Origin: an uncultured bacterium
Lineage (GTDB): Bacteria; Armatimonadota; UBA5829; DTLH01
Assembly (NCBI GenBank): GCA_964497515.1
Contig: CAZCCV010000009.1
Span: forward strand, 643-64,642
Direction: 5' to 3'
DNA: 64,000 nucleotides
The notes beneath the pieces are model-generated. The model searched no databases. It had not been told where the DNA came from and was given only the letters and a program-made list of their open reading frames with translations. Below are positions 47,930 to 58,563 of the stretch, piece after piece; the first letter of the stretch is position 1; the number at the start of each line of letters is the position of its first letter. The position numbers and the translations under genes were made by a program.

Positions 47930-48772
47930 TTGGCATCAATCACAATGAAAGAACTTCTGGAGGCTGGAGTACACTTCGGCCACCAGACCCGCAGATGGAA
48001 CCCAAAGATGAAACGGTACATCTACGGGGGACGCAACGGAATCTACATCATCGATCTGCATCAGACCCTCAAACTCTTTGAGGAGGCTCGCCAGTTCATC
48101 CAGGACGTAGCATCGCAGGGGGAAGTTGTCCTGTTTGTTGGAACAAAGAAGCAGGCGCAGGAAGCGGTTGAGGATGCGGCAAAACGCTGCGGAATGTACT
48201 ACGTCAACCAGCGCTGGCTTGGAGGAATGCTTACCAACCTGGTGACCATTCGCACGAGAATAGCTCGACTGAATGAGCTGAAGAAGATGGAGACCGATGG
48301 TGTTTTCGAGCAGCTTCCGAAGAAAGAGGCGGCTCTTCTGCGTGAGGAATACAACAAGCTCGAGAGATTCTTGAGCGGCATAAAGGATATGCCTAAGCTT
48401 CCTGGCGCGATTTTTATAGTGGACCTCAAGAAGGAGCGCATAGCCCTTGCAGAGGCCAGAAAGCTTGAAATCCCGGTGGTAGCTATAGTCGATACGAACT
48501 GCGACCCGGATGAGGTTGATTATGTAATCCCCGGCAATGATGACGCCATCCGCGCCATCAAGCTGATTTCAAACAAGCTAGCAGATGCAATTCTCGAAGT
48601 CCGACAGGTTGAAGCCGAAGGCGAGGACATAGAGATAGACGCTGAGGCTGAAGCCGGTGCTGAAGTGGAAGCCGAAGCCGAAAAAGAGAAGCCGGAAGTT
48701 GAAGTCGAGGCGTTTCAGGAAGAGTCTAGCCCGGAGCCAGAGGCAGCCGAAGAGACTCCCGCAACTGAATAA
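47930..48772 (+). CDS. rpsB: 30S ribosomal protein S2 with acidic C-terminal extension
   Basis: [25 protein letters not shown] start at 47930, or ATG at 47945. The tail is rich in Glu/Ala. Confidence 0.96.
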   Translation: MASITMKELLEAGVHFGHQTRRWNPKMKRYIYGGRNGIYIIDLHQTLKLFEEARQFIQDVASQGEVVLFVGTKKQAQEAVEDAAKRCGMYYVNQRWLGGMLTNLVTIRTRIARLNELKKMETDGVFEQLPKKEAALLREEYNKLERFLSGIKDMPKLPGAIFIVDLKKERIALAEARKLEIPVVAIVDTNCDPDEVDYVIPGNDDAIRAIKLISNKLADAILEVRQVEAEGEDIEIDAEAEAGAEVEAEAEKEKPEVEVEAFQEESSPEPEAAEETPATE

Positions 48773-48887
48773 TCCCGACGGCACTCGCCCGCCGGAGTAA
48801 TGGAAACAAGAATTACCCAATTGCGCAAGGCGACAACGTCCTGCGCATCACCACATATAGCGCGCCACAGGCGCTTTGGAGGCATTA

Positions 48888-49487
48888 ATGGAAATAACAG
48901 CCAAGATGGTCAAGGAATTGAGAGACAAGACCGGCGCCGGTATGATGGACTGCAAACAGGCGCTCGGGGAGACCAAAGGCGATTTTGATAAGGCGGTAAA
49001 TCTTCTTCGACAGAAGGGCGTAGCAGTAGCAGCAAAAAGAGAGACTCGATGTGCAACCGAGGGAATCATCGGCAGCTACATCCACACTGGTGGCAAGATC
49101 GGCGTTATGGTCGAACTCGGCTGTGAAACAGACTTCGTCGCAAAGACCGATGAGTTCCAGAACCTTGCGAAAGATATCGCTATGCAGCTTGCCTGGGGGA
49201 GCCCGAAGTATCTGACCCGAGAGGATGTCCCAGCCGAAGAGATAGAGCAGGAGCGCCAGGTTCATCGCCAGTGGGCCATCAAGGAAGGTAAACCCGAAAA
49301 GGCAATCGAAAATATTGTAAACGGCAGAATGGAGCGGTTCTATGAGGATACTTGCCTTATGGATCAGCCGTTCATCCGAGATGCAGACGTTAAAATCGGC
49401 GACCTGGTCAACGAGGTTATGGGCAAGCTGGGCGAGAAAATTGCCATCCAGCGATTCGTCCGATACCGAGTTGGAGAGCAGGAGTAG
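48888..49487 (+). CDS. tsf: elongation factor Ts (short form)
   Basis: [27 protein letters not shown]-like N-terminus. ATG 48888 follows a GGAGG Shine-Dalgarno. Confidence 0.95.
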   Translation: MEITAKMVKELRDKTGAGMMDCKQALGETKGDFDKAVNLLRQKGVAVAAKRETRCATEGIIGSYIHTGGKIGVMVELGCETDFVAKTDEFQNLAKDIAMQLAWGSPKYLTREDVPAEEIEQERQVHRQWAIKEGKPEKAIENIVNGRMERFYEDTCLMDQPFIRDADVKIGDLVNEVMGKLGEKIAIQRFVRYRVGEQE

Positions 49488-49495
49488 ATAGATCC

Positions 49496-50224
49496 ATGAG
49501 CGATAGGCCGCGTTTTAGTCGTGTACTCCTGAAACTGTCGGGGCAGGTGTTTGCTGGCAGCGACAACAGTGGTATCTCATTCGAGACTGTCGCGGCTATC
49601 GCACAGGATATCAAGGAGCTTAAAGACGCTGGTATCGATATTGCAGTAGTCGTGGGTGGTGGAAACATCATCCGCGGCCACTCTGCTGAAGCAGCGGGAA
49701 TGGATAGAGCGAGCGCTGACTATATGGGAATGCTCGCGACGGTGATCAATTCGCTTGCATTGCAAGATGCGCTCGAGAAGCTAGGCATTGAAACCAGAGT
49801 ACAGACAGCGATTAATATGTCGGAAGTGGCTGAACCGTTCATTCGCAGAAAAGCCCTTCGACATATGGAGAAGAGCAGAATCGTAATTTTGGCAGCCGGA
49901 ACCGGAAACCCATTTTTCACTACTGATACAGCAGCAGCGCTTCGGGCGCTCGAAATCAAGGCGGACGCTGTGCTTAAGGCCACAAATGTAGACGGCGTTT
50001 ACGACAAAGACCCAAACAAATACCCTGACGCACAGATATACCGCGAGCTAGGCTATCTCGAAGCTATAAACAAAAACCTGGGAGTTATGGATCTTACAGC
50101 GTTTGCACTCTGCAAAGCGCACAACATCCCGATTGTCGTGTTCAACATCACCGAACGGGGCAATATAAGGCGTGCCGCGTCGAGTGATTCAATAGGAACG
50201 ATTGTTGGAGGTAAAATCGAGTGA
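49496..50224 (+). CDS. pyrH: UMP kinase
   Basis: [18 protein letters not shown] and [16 protein letters not shown] motifs. Confidence 0.96.
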   Translation: MSDRPRFSRVLLKLSGQVFAGSDNSGISFETVAAIAQDIKELKDAGIDIAVVVGGGNIIRGHSAEAAGMDRASADYMGMLATVINSLALQDALEKLGIETRVQTAINMSEVAEPFIRRKALRHMEKSRIVILAAGTGNPFFTTDTAAALRALEIKADAVLKATNVDGVYDKDPNKYPDAQIYRELGYLEAINKNLGVMDLTAFALCKAHNIPIVVFNITERGNIRRAASSDSIGTIVGGKIE

Positions 50225-50778
50225 TACCTGAGATAATCAAGGACACCGAGCATAGAATGACCAGGACTGTGGAAGCCGCTCAACACGATTTCTCGACGAT
50301 CCGTACAGGGCGAGCAAATCCACTGATTCTCGAAGGAGTACAGGTAGATTGCTACGGCAGCAAGATGCCTATCAATCAACTGGCGACTATCTCCGCACCG
50401 GAGCCGAGACTACTTGTAATCGCCCCTTGGGACAAGAGCACCATACCCGCCATCGAAAAAGCCATCACCAACTCAGACGTCGGAATGACGCCGCAGAACG
50501 ATGGCAATGTGGTGAGATTGAACGTGCCTTACCTTACCGAAGAGCGGCGCAAAGAGATGATCAAAATGCTACACAAGAAGGCCGAAGAGCACAAGGTAGC
50601 AGTTCGAAATGTCCGCAGAGACGCAAATGAGCAGCTAAAGGATCTTGAAAAGAAACACGAGATCTCTGAAGACAACAACAAACGAGGCCAGGAACAGGTA
50701 CAAAAACTGACCGACAAGTACATCGAGCAGATCGACAAGCTTTCTCAGACAAAGGAAGCTGAATTGATGGAAGTCTAA
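50221..50778 (+). CDS. frr: ribosome recycling factor
   Basis: [13 protein letters not shown] and [14 protein letters not shown] motifs. GTG start overlaps the pyrH stop. Confidence 0.96.
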   Translation: MIPEIIKDTEHRMTRTVEAAQHDFSTIRTGRANPLILEGVQVDCYGSKMPINQLATISAPEPRLLVIAPWDKSTIPAIEKAITNSDVGMTPQNDGNVVRLNVPYLTEERRKEMIKMLHKKAEEHKVAVRNVRRDANEQLKDLEKKHEISEDNNKRGQEQVQKLTDKYIEQIDKLSQTKEAELMEV

Positions 50779-50802
50779 GAATCAACCATTTGTTGGTTAG
50801 CG

Positions 50803-50841
50803 GCCGTCAGTCGGAATTAAACAGTCTGACTGGCGGCTTTT
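50803..50841 (+). terminator. rho-independent terminator after frr
   Basis: gccgtcagtc-15nt-gactggcggc (one G-U pair) followed by TTTTCT. Confidence 0.65.
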
Positions 50842-50860
50842 CTAATAAGAGGATCGCTAA

Positions 50861-51589
50861 GTGAGCAATCAGTCTGAAACAAAGTGCGCGCCAAAACACG
50901 TAGCAGTAATAATGGATGGCAATGGACGTTGGGCAACCAGACGCGGGCTGGAACGCATTGAAGGGCATTTCCAGGGATACCGGGCGTTGAAGCGATTCGT
51001 GGAATTCGCACCCGATTTCGGAATAGAAATCGTTACCGCGTACGGATTTTCAACGGAAAACTGGCACCGCCCCAAAGAAGAGACAGACGCGCTGATGCAA
51101 CTAATTGCGGAAGCTGCCCATCGTGAAGCTGAAAGCCTGCACGAGCAAGGCGTAAAAATGATAATAAGTGGGCGACTGTCGGAACTCCCTGAGCATACCA
51201 GAATCGCGCTCTCTCACGATATGGAGCTCACAAAGGACAATACGAAACTCACTCTAAACCTCGCTATAAACTACGGTGGGCGGGCTGAAATAGCCGACGC
51301 TGCTAAGGCGATTGCGCGACGAGTCGAAAATGGAGAGATCGACCCTGAATCGGTGGATGAGGAGCTTTTCGCAGCGCATCTCTATGCCCCTGGGCTCCCC
51401 GACCCCGACCTGCTGATACGCACTGCAAACGAGATGAGAATAAGCAATTTTCTGCTGTGGGAGATCGCCTACAGCGAGATATACGTTACAGAAAAGCTAT
51501 GGCCCGACTTTGACAGTGATGAATTGGCCAAAGCGATCGAGGTTTATCAGGGTAGAACGCGGAAGTTCGGAACGGTAGTTGAACAATGA
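50861..51589 (+). CDS. uppS: isoprenyl transferase (undecaprenyl diphosphate synthase)
   Basis: HVAVIMDGNGRWA, FSTENWHRP and RISNFLLWE motifs. Confidence 0.95.
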   Translation: MSNQSETKCAPKHVAVIMDGNGRWATRRGLERIEGHFQGYRALKRFVEFAPDFGIEIVTAYGFSTENWHRPKEETDALMQLIAEAAHREAESLHEQGVKMIISGRLSELPEHTRIALSHDMELTKDNTKLTLNLAINYGGRAEIADAAKAIARRVENGEIDPESVDEELFAAHLYAPGLPDPDLLIRTANEMRISNFLLWEIAYSEIYVTEKLWPDFDSDELAKAIEVYQGRTRKFGTVVEQ

Positions 51590-52761
51590 AGAAGCGAATA
51601 TCTGTGCTGGGATCAACTGGATCGATCGGAACGCAGGTGCTGGATGTAGCCGAACGATTGCCCGAAAGCATTGAAATAACAGCACTCGCAGCGCACTCAA
51701 ATGTTAAACTGTTGGCAGAGCAGGCGCTGAAGTTTCAGCCAAAACTGGTAACAATTGGTAAGACAGAGCTTGAGAAGGAACTGAAGGAACTGCTGGCAGG
51801 CACTGATACCGAGGTAACATCCGGAGACGAAGGCTGGCTAAGAGCAGCGACAGAGCAGGATGCCGACCAAGTTGTCGTTTCGGTGGCGGGGACTCCAGGA
51901 CTTCTTCCGACACTGGCAGCGATCGACGCAGGCAAAGAGATAGCACTTGCCAGCAAAGAGGTGCTAGTCTGTGCTGGCGAAATTGTGAGTGCGCGAGCTG
52001 CTGAGAAGGGTGTAAATATCCTTCCCATCGACAGCGAACATTCCGCAATATTCCAATGTCTGAATGGCGAAAATGCCAAATCGATAGAGAAGCTATACCT
52101 TACCGCCTCAGGCGGCCCATTTCGCAATGTATCAAGCGAGGAAATGGCAAAAGTTACACCTGCGCGCGCCCTTGACCACCCTACGTGGCGAATGGGTCGA
52201 AAGGTTACGATAGACTCGGCAACACTGATGAACAAGGGTCTGGAAATAATCGAGGCGCGATGGTTGTTTGGCGTTGAAGCAAACGATATTGAGGTGGTCG
52301 TCCATCCTAAGAGCATCGTGCACTCTATGGTAATGTTTAGAGACGGCTCAGTAATCGCACAACTCGGATTGCCAGATATGAGGCTACCGATTCAATATGC
52401 TCTTCTTTATCCTGAAAGGTATGACTCACGACTGCCGCGGGTAGATATTCTAGAGGTAGGTTCGCTTGAGTTCTTTCCACCGGACTATACGAAGTTTCCG
52501 GCGCTCGAATTGGCTCGGGCAGCCGTAAATGCTGGCGGAACGATGCCTGCCGTTATGAATGCGGCTGATGAGGTCGCAGTAGGATTATTTTTGACCGGAA
52601 AAACCGGTTTTCTTGACATAGCAAAGCTGGTAGAACGCACAATGCAGTCCCATAACCCAGTGCAGCAACCTTCGCTGGAAGATATTCTGGCGGCAGACGC
52701 TTGGGCAAGGGAGACTACGCGAAGCTTTGTTGGAGGAACGGATAATGGCTCATATATTTAA
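51586..52761 (+). CDS. dxr: 1-deoxy-D-xylulose 5-phosphate reductoisomerase
   Basis: GSTGSIGTQ, PIDSEHSAIFQC and HPTWRMG motifs. Confidence 0.96.
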   Translation: MKKRISVLGSTGSIGTQVLDVAERLPESIEITALAAHSNVKLLAEQALKFQPKLVTIGKTELEKELKELLAGTDTEVTSGDEGWLRAATEQDADQVVVSVAGTPGLLPTLAAIDAGKEIALASKEVLVCAGEIVSARAAEKGVNILPIDSEHSAIFQCLNGENAKSIEKLYLTASGGPFRNVSSEEMAKVTPARALDHPTWRMGRKVTIDSATLMNKGLEIIEARWLFGVEANDIEVVVHPKSIVHSMVMFRDGSVIAQLGLPDMRLPIQYALLYPERYDSRLPRVDILEVGSLEFFPPDYTKFPALELARAAVNAGGTMPAVMNAADEVAVGLFLTGKTGFLDIAKLVERTMQSHNPVQQPSLEDILAADAWARETTRSFVGGTDNGSYI

Positions 52762-53845
52762 TACCGCTGTAGTATTTGCCGTGGTACTTGGCGTCCTTGT
52801 AGTTGTCCATGAGCTTGGTCACTATTGGATGGCAAAACGAGTAGGTATGAAGGTTCACGAGTTTGCATTCGGATTCGGGCCGAGAATTGCAGGACTGTTC
52901 AAACGTGGCGATACACAGTTCAACGTCAGAGCGATTCCTCTGGGAGGATTTGTGAGCATTGCCGGAATGGATCCAAACGAGGAGAACATGGAGGGAGGTT
53001 TCAACTCGAAGCCAATCTCTGCGAGAGCCCTGGTAATTCTAGCAGGCCCAGTTATGAGCCTGTTACTTGGATATGTGGTTTTCCTGTTGATTGGGTTTGT
53101 TTGGGGATTTCCTACAGATAGAACACTGGTTGCACAGGTCGAACCTAACAGTCCGGCACAGAGATCTGGACTTTGCAAGGGTGACGTTATCTATGGGCTG
53201 AATGGCAAACATCTTGACACAGAGCAACTGGTAAAAGCCATCCATGAGAGTCCTGAAAAAGAAGCAGTCCTGCTGGTTCAAAGAAATGGTAAAGAGATCA
53301 CCATCAAAGCCACTCCTGAACTGAAACCTAATCCCATTCTTGAACAGGTGACCCCGGAAAAGCGTGCAGAACTACTACGTGATCCAGAGTTCAACAGAAA
53401 TGTGGGTTTGCTGGGATTCAAACCAGCATCGCAACTGGAACGAACCAGTGTAATCATGTCGATCATGAAAGGCACAATACAGAGCTACGAGGCAGCTCGA
53501 GCGATAATCCTCACCTTCGCAAGTTGGTCGAAAGTAAAAGAGGGTGTTGGCGGAATCGTGGCGATTGCGTACGTAACAAACGATATGGTGAAAGCCGGCA
53601 CAAGAGCAGTATTTGTTGAATTGGCACTACTGTCGGTTATGCTGGGGATTCTCAATCTGGTTCCTTGGCCTGTGCTCGACGGTGGACATATTCTGTATCT
53701 GATCATCGAAAAGATACGTGGCAAGAAGATGAGAGCTGAAAACTGGTATGCAATCCAGTTGGCTGGGATGGGCGTGCTGATCTTCCTGGCGATTCTTCTG
53801 GTATATGTAGATATTTCCAGAATCGCCGGTGGGAAGTTCTTCTAA
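52745..53845 (+). CDS. rseP: RIP metalloprotease RseP (M50 site-2 protease)
   Basis: HELGHYWMAK, a single PDZ domain, and NLVPWPVLDGGH. ATG 52745 follows a GGAGGA Shine-Dalgarno. Confidence 0.92.
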   Translation: MAHIFNTAVVFAVVLGVLVVVHELGHYWMAKRVGMKVHEFAFGFGPRIAGLFKRGDTQFNVRAIPLGGFVSIAGMDPNEENMEGGFNSKPISARALVILAGPVMSLLLGYVVFLLIGFVWGFPTDRTLVAQVEPNSPAQRSGLCKGDVIYGLNGKHLDTEQLVKAIHESPEKEAVLLVQRNGKEITIKATPELKPNPILEQVTPEKRAELLRDPEFNRNVGLLGFKPASQLERTSVIMSIMKGTIQSYEAARAIILTFASWSKVKEGVGGIVAIAYVTNDMVKAGTRAVFVELALLSVMLGILNLVPWPVLDGGHILYLIIEKIRGKKMRAENWYAIQLAGMGVLIFLAILLVYVDISRIAGGKFF

Positions 53846-53852
53846 TAGGGAT

Positions 53853-54911
53853 ATGCAGCGAAAACAGACCAGACCAGTGAGAGTCGGAAGCGTTATAATC
53901 GGCGGTGATGCCCCGATTGCAATTCAGTCGATGACCACAACCGACACGCGCGACGTGGCATCTACGGTGGCGCAGATTCATCAACTTGAGAATGCCGGGT
54001 GTGAAATCGTCCGTGTGGCAGTTCCTGATGAGGCCGCTGCAGCAGCTCTGGGAGATATCAAGCGCCAGATTCACATTCCTCTGGTCGCCGACATCCACTT
54101 CAATCATCAGTTCGCACTAACCGCGCTAAAGGCCGGCGTAGATAAACTTCGCATCAACCCGGGAAATATCGGCTCACGCGACCGGGTAGAGGCTGTAGCA
54201 TCGGCAGCCGCAGAGCGCAATGTGCCTATTAGGATCGGCGCTAATGTGGGCTCGATAGACAAAAAGCGGTATGGTGAACCCTCACCTGAGACCCTCGCAG
54301 CAAGTGCTCTCGACCAAGTGAAAATACTGGAGGATGTAGGGTTCGAGGATATTGTTTTATCGCTTAAGGCGTTCGACGTGCCGCTCACGGTTGAAGCATA
54401 TCGAATCGTCTCTCAAGCCGTCCCCTACCCGCTTCATCTCGGCATAACCGAATCTGGTTTGCCTTGGGAGGGAACGATACGGTCTGCTGTAGGAATCGGA
54501 GCACTGCTTGCGGAAGGAATTGGGGACACTCTGCGGGTATCGTTGACAGGTGATCCGATTGAAGAAGTAATCGTTGGAGCCGAGATTCTCTCTGCACTAA
54601 ATTTGCGGTCGAAGCCATACACTATAGTGTCGTGTCCGACGTGTGGTCGGTGCGAGATCGACCTGAAAGAGATAGCCAATGAGGTCAGACAGCGGCTTGC
54701 ACAAACGCCACCATCACGCCCGATGAAAATTGCGGTTATGGGGTGCGTTGTAAACGGTCCCGGAGAAGCCGAGATGGCCGATGTGGGAATAGCGGGTGGA
54801 GCTGGAATCGGTCTGATCTTCGCTAGAGGCAAGATGCTGCGCAGGGTGCCCGAAACCCAGTTGGTAGATGAGTTAATGAAGGAAATCAAAGAGATTGAGC
54901 ATAATACGTAA
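53853..54911 (+). CDS. ispG: 4-hydroxy-3-methylbut-2-en-1-yl diphosphate synthase
   Basis: PIAIQSMT, RINPGNIG, and the CPTCGRC..GCVVNGPGE cluster ligands. The start is probably ATG 53853. Confidence 0.95.
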   Translation: MQRKQTRPVRVGSVIIGGDAPIAIQSMTTTDTRDVASTVAQIHQLENAGCEIVRVAVPDEAAAAALGDIKRQIHIPLVADIHFNHQFALTALKAGVDKLRINPGNIGSRDRVEAVASAAAERNVPIRIGANVGSIDKKRYGEPSPETLAASALDQVKILEDVGFEDIVLSLKAFDVPLTVEAYRIVSQAVPYPLHLGITESGLPWEGTIRSAVGIGALLAEGIGDTLRVSLTGDPIEEVIVGAEILSALNLRSKPYTIVSCPTCGRCEIDLKEIANEVRQRLAQTPPSRPMKIAVMGCVVNGPGEAEMADVGIAGGAGIGLIFARGKMLRRVPETQLVDELMKEIKEIEHNT

Positions 54912-55350
54912 GGCAAGAGTTGAAGACGTAGCGGTAATGCAGAAGCTCGTAAACGGTTTTGCGGACCGCGGCGAGATGCTGTATCGGTCGCTAAATGATA
55001 TATATGAAAACATCAGAGACTACAACATAGTTGAAGTGAACGGTGAAATCGTAGGCTGCTGTGCGCTGCACGTTAGCTGGGGTGACCTAGCAGAAATCAA
55101 GTCGCTGGCTGTTGCCGAAGAGTTCCACGGTCAGGGATGGGGCAAGATGCTAATCGAGAAGTGTATCGAGGAAGCTCGTGAACTCGGTGTGCCGCAAGTC
55201 TTTGCGCTGACTTACAGGCCCACTTTCTTCGAACGCATGGGTTTCAGCAGAATAGATAAGAACGATTTACCACGCAAGATATGGTCTGAGTGCATCAACT
55301 GCCCAAAGTATCCGGACTGCGGCGAAGAAGCGTTGACAAGAGACGTTTAA
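54895..55350 (+). CDS. GNAT family N-acetyltransferase (short ArgA-like)
   Basis: The acetyl-CoA motif is FHGQGWGKML. The C-terminus is similar to short N-acetylglutamate synthase-like GNATs. Confidence 0.8.
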   Translation: MSIIRKARVEDVAVMQKLVNGFADRGEMLYRSLNDIYENIRDYNIVEVNGEIVGCCALHVSWGDLAEIKSLAVAEEFHGQGWGKMLIEKCIEEARELGVPQVFALTYRPTFFERMGFSRIDKNDLPRKIWSECINCPKYPDCGEEALTRDV

Positions 55351-55441
55351 GCAGGAATGGATTCCTTTCTCTTGATATCGCTTGACAATGGCTGCCGGCA
55401 AGAAGATCGGTAAGGCGCCTTTCAGCGCAGTAGAGAGTGAA

Positions 55442-55936
55442 ATGAAATACTACTTTGCTACAGTAGAGACCCCTATTGGTTGGCTGACAGTTATCGGAAG
55501 CAACGATAAACTGGTCGAAATCAACTGGCCAAAGCCCACTAAAGAGGCCGCACTGGCCGAGATTTCCAGGGATATGACCGAGTCGAAGGAAAAACTAGGC
55601 GAACTCGTGAATCGCCTGCGTCTCTATTTCAATGGGGAGCGTGTAGATTTCTCGGATGTAGGTGTTTCTTTCGACCATATGGGCGCGTTTGAGCAGCGAG
55701 TACTCCGAGAGACAATGAAGATTCCATACGGTAGGCTTACTACCTATGGAGCGCTGGCGGTTGCGGCAGGATCGCCTAGGGCAGCAAGGGCGGTTGGAAA
55801 CACTATGCGCAAGAACCCGCTTCCGATCGTAGTGCCCTGCCACAGGGTGGTGCACAGCGACGGAGGTCTCGGCGGCTATGCCGGCGGGCTGCATATTAAG
55901 CGTATGTTACTTGATCTGGAGGGTGCAAGTCTGTGA
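55442..55936 (+). CDS. ogt: methylated-DNA--protein-cysteine methyltransferase
   Basis: Active-site IVVPCHRVV and an N-terminal TPIGWL domain. The start is uncertain (ATG 55442 versus the track start 55382). Confidence 0.88.
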   Translation: MKYYFATVETPIGWLTVIGSNDKLVEINWPKPTKEAALAEISRDMTESKEKLGELVNRLRLYFNGERVDFSDVGVSFDHMGAFEQRVLRETMKIPYGRLTTYGALAVAAGSPRAARAVGNTMRKNPLPIVVPCHRVVHSDGGLGGYAGGLHIKRMLLDLEGASL

Positions 55937-56328
55937 ATGTGCTTGTCAGGTGGATAGTTGCGGCGATTGCCGTTTGGCTTGCTGTGTGGCTGGGCGATAA
56001 GATAGGGATCGGGCTCGAATGGATGGGCTTCGGCAAAGCGTTGATCTTTGTGCTGGTACTTGCACTGTTAAATACCCTTGTTCGCCCAATAGTGCTGATT
56101 CTGATTAATCTGTTCGCAATGCCACTGAACTGCCTTACAATGGGGCTGTTTGGATTAGTGTCTGCGCTGATTTTGAACGTGCTGTTCTTCTGGTGGGCGG
56201 CCAACCTGACCGGTGGGCTTAAAGTGGATGGCTTCCTGGCAGCATTTTTCGGATCGGTAGTCGTCAGTGTGGCAAGCGGTGCCATTAGCGGCCTTGCCTG
56301 CAAAGCAACGCAACCAAGAGAGAATTAG
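55933..56328 (+). CDS. phage holin family 4 (YvlD-like) membrane protein
   Basis: 131 aa with 4 TM helices and a pattern like PF04020 (LLNTLVRPIVLIL). GTG start after a GGAGGGTG Shine-Dalgarno. Confidence 0.7.
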   Translation: MNVLVRWIVAAIAVWLAVWLGDKIGIGLEWMGFGKALIFVLVLALLNTLVRPIVLILINLFAMPLNCLTMGLFGLVSALILNVLFFWWAANLTGGLKVDGFLAAFFGSVVVSVASGAISGLACKATQPREN

Positions 56329-57218
56329 TGAAAACAGAGAGACAGCTTGTAGTCGTAACAGGGATGTCTGGGGCGGGAAAGACTCTCGCGATCCGCACTT
56401 TTGAGGATCTCAACTATTTCTGCATCGACAATCTTCCGCCGGATCTACTTACAAACGTAGTAAACCTGTGGAAGAAATCCGGAGCCAGCTTAGAGGATCT
56501 GGCCATAGTAGTAGACATTCGCACCGGGCAGTTCTTTGGTGACTTCCTGGAAGCATATCAGGAACTCGCCATCACCAGTGTGGAAGGCTATGGGCGTGCG
56601 AAAATTCTGTTTCTGGACGCCTCCGATCCGGTGTTGATACGCCGTTTCAAAGAGACCAGAAGAAAACACCCGCTCGTGAACGAATCGAGAGGGATTCTCG
56701 ATAGTATCAAAGAAGAGCGCAGACTCCTCGCTGACATCAAAGAGAAAGCCGACAAAATCGTCGACACATCTAACCTCGAACCAGAGGGGCTGCGAAGGGA
56801 GATCCGACAGTATTTCGGCCAGAAGGACGTGCAGCAGGGGATGGTCATAACTGTTGCATCTTTCGGCTACAAGTATGGAATACCTCTCGACGCCGACCTT
56901 GTATTTGATGTGCGATTTTTGGCAAACCCATATTGGGTGGAGAGTCTGTCTAAACTGGATGGAACTCACCAGGAAGTGCGGCACTATGTGTTGTCGGATC
57001 CGCTTACAGAGCCGCTTATGGAGCGACTCTCTAACCTGGTAGAGTTCTCGATTCCTCAGTATGAAAAAGAGGGCAAGGCGTATCTGACGATAGCTATCGG
57101 CTGCACCGGCGGCAGACACAGGTCGGTGGTTGTTGCAAGTGAACTGGCTAGATATCTGGATGTCAGAGGTTTTCGGGTGGTAGTAGAGCACAGGGACTGC
57201 CCTAAGGACAACCGCTGA
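56328..57218 (+). CDS. rapZ: RNase adapter protein RapZ (YvcJ)
   Basis: P-loop GMSGAGKT, C-terminal GCTGGRHRSV. GTG start overlaps the upstream TAG. Confidence 0.93.
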   Translation: MKTERQLVVVTGMSGAGKTLAIRTFEDLNYFCIDNLPPDLLTNVVNLWKKSGASLEDLAIVVDIRTGQFFGDFLEAYQELAITSVEGYGRAKILFLDASDPVLIRRFKETRRKHPLVNESRGILDSIKEERRLLADIKEKADKIVDTSNLEPEGLRREIRQYFGQKDVQQGMVITVASFGYKYGIPLDADLVFDVRFLANPYWVESLSKLDGTHQEVRHYVLSDPLTEPLMERLSNLVEFSIPQYEKEGKAYLTIAIGCTGGRHRSVVVASELARYLDVRGFRVVVEHRDCPKDNR

Positions 57219-57237
57219 GAGCGGCTCGATAGACATT

Positions 57238-58524
57238 ATGTGGAGTTCCATCAAATGGCTGTACCCGGGTATGCGGGTCAAACGATGGCTGCTGCTGGTT
57301 CCGGTTGGAGCCTTTGCCATAGTTGTGGGGGTAGCGTTACTTGCTAATGTAGCGGTAATTGACTATCTGGATTCTATCGCCCGTTTTTCGTTGACTCATT
57401 TCGGACTGAACCTCAGACAGCCGGCAGCGTTGTTGACTATCAGTATCGCGCTGATGCTGCTCGGACTGCTTCTTATATTCGTCGCACTTAGGCAGGTAAT
57501 CCGCTCGATAGTGAGTGTTGTAGACCCTGAAGCACGCGACCAGTTAGCAAACGTCATCTTCAAGAAGCGCTATCTAGCTCAGGGGCGGCGCATAGTTGTG
57601 ATAGGCGGCGGAACGGGTCTTTCCACGATGCTAAGAGGTCTCAAGCAGTACTCCAGCAACATCACGGCAATAGTCGCTGTAACTGACGATGGTGGGAGTT
57701 CTGGCGTGCTGCGACGTGAACTCGGCGTGTTGCCACCTGGCGATATTCGCAACTGCATAGTCGCACTCGCTGACGAGGAACCTCTTATGACCGAACTGTT
57801 GCAGTATCGGTTCAATGGAGGCACTGGCTCGCTGCAAGGGCACTCTTTTGGAAACCTCCTGATTGCAGCGATGACCAATATAACTGGCGATTTCGAGCGT
57901 GCCGTCACAGAAACGAGTAATATCCTGGCTATCAGAGGGCGAGTGCTGCCAGCAACCACTGATAATGTTCAACTCCACGCCGAGCTGGCAGATGGCTCGC
58001 TTGTAGATGGTGAGACTAGTATTGTAGAATCTGGCAAACCTATCCGACATATATTTATGACGCCAGCCGATGCAAAACCGCTGGATGAAGCTATAGATGC
58101 TGTTCTTTATGCCGATGTAATCGTTATAGGACCCGGAAGCGTTTACACTAGTGTAGTGCCTCCGCTGCTCGTAAAAGGCGTTGTCGATGCGATTGCAGAA
58201 TCGGGTGCCGCCAAGATATATGTATGCAACGTGATGACCCAGCCTGGTGAGACAGATGGCTTCACAGCTTCGGAGCACGTAAGCGCAGTTGCGAATCATT
58301 GCAGCAAAAAGATATTCAATTATGTTCTTGTTAACCGACAGATACCCAGGCCGGACTTGCTCGACAAGTACCGCGAGACTAATGCAGAACTCGTGCTGCC
58401 TGACACCGACAAGATCAAAGATATGGGCTATAGAGCGATTGTAGGTGATTTCATCAGCCAGACGGACGTGGTTCGCCACGATCCCGAGCAGCTTGCTAGT
58501 GCTATCATCAAGTTGATTGACTAG
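57238..58524 (+). CDS. yvcK: gluconeogenesis factor YvcK (CofD-like), with N-terminal 2-TM extension
   Basis: VVIGGGTGLSTMLRGLK and VTDDGGSSG motifs. The first ~115 residues contain two hydrophobic helices. Confidence 0.9.
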   Translation: MWSSIKWLYPGMRVKRWLLLVPVGAFAIVVGVALLANVAVIDYLDSIARFSLTHFGLNLRQPAALLTISIALMLLGLLLIFVALRQVIRSIVSVVDPEARDQLANVIFKKRYLAQGRRIVVIGGGTGLSTMLRGLKQYSSNITAIVAVTDDGGSSGVLRRELGVLPPGDIRNCIVALADEEPLMTELLQYRFNGGTGSLQGHSFGNLLIAAMTNITGDFERAVTETSNILAIRGRVLPATTDNVQLHAELADGSLVDGETSIVESGKPIRHIFMTPADAKPLDEAIDAVLYADVIVIGPGSVYTSVVPPLLVKGVVDAIAESGAAKIYVCNVMTQPGETDGFTASEHVSAVANHCSKKIFNYVLVNRQIPRPDLLDKYRETNAELVLPDTDKIKDMGYRAIVGDFISQTDVVRHDPEQLASAIIKLID

Positions 58525-58563
58525 CGGCTTTACAGTTTCTCTTATGAGCTCTACACTATTGTT

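Noticed and set aside
56490-58479. Minus-strand ORFs of 276 aa and 282 aa
   Set aside because: They are antisense to rapZ and yvcK, which both have unambiguous motifs.
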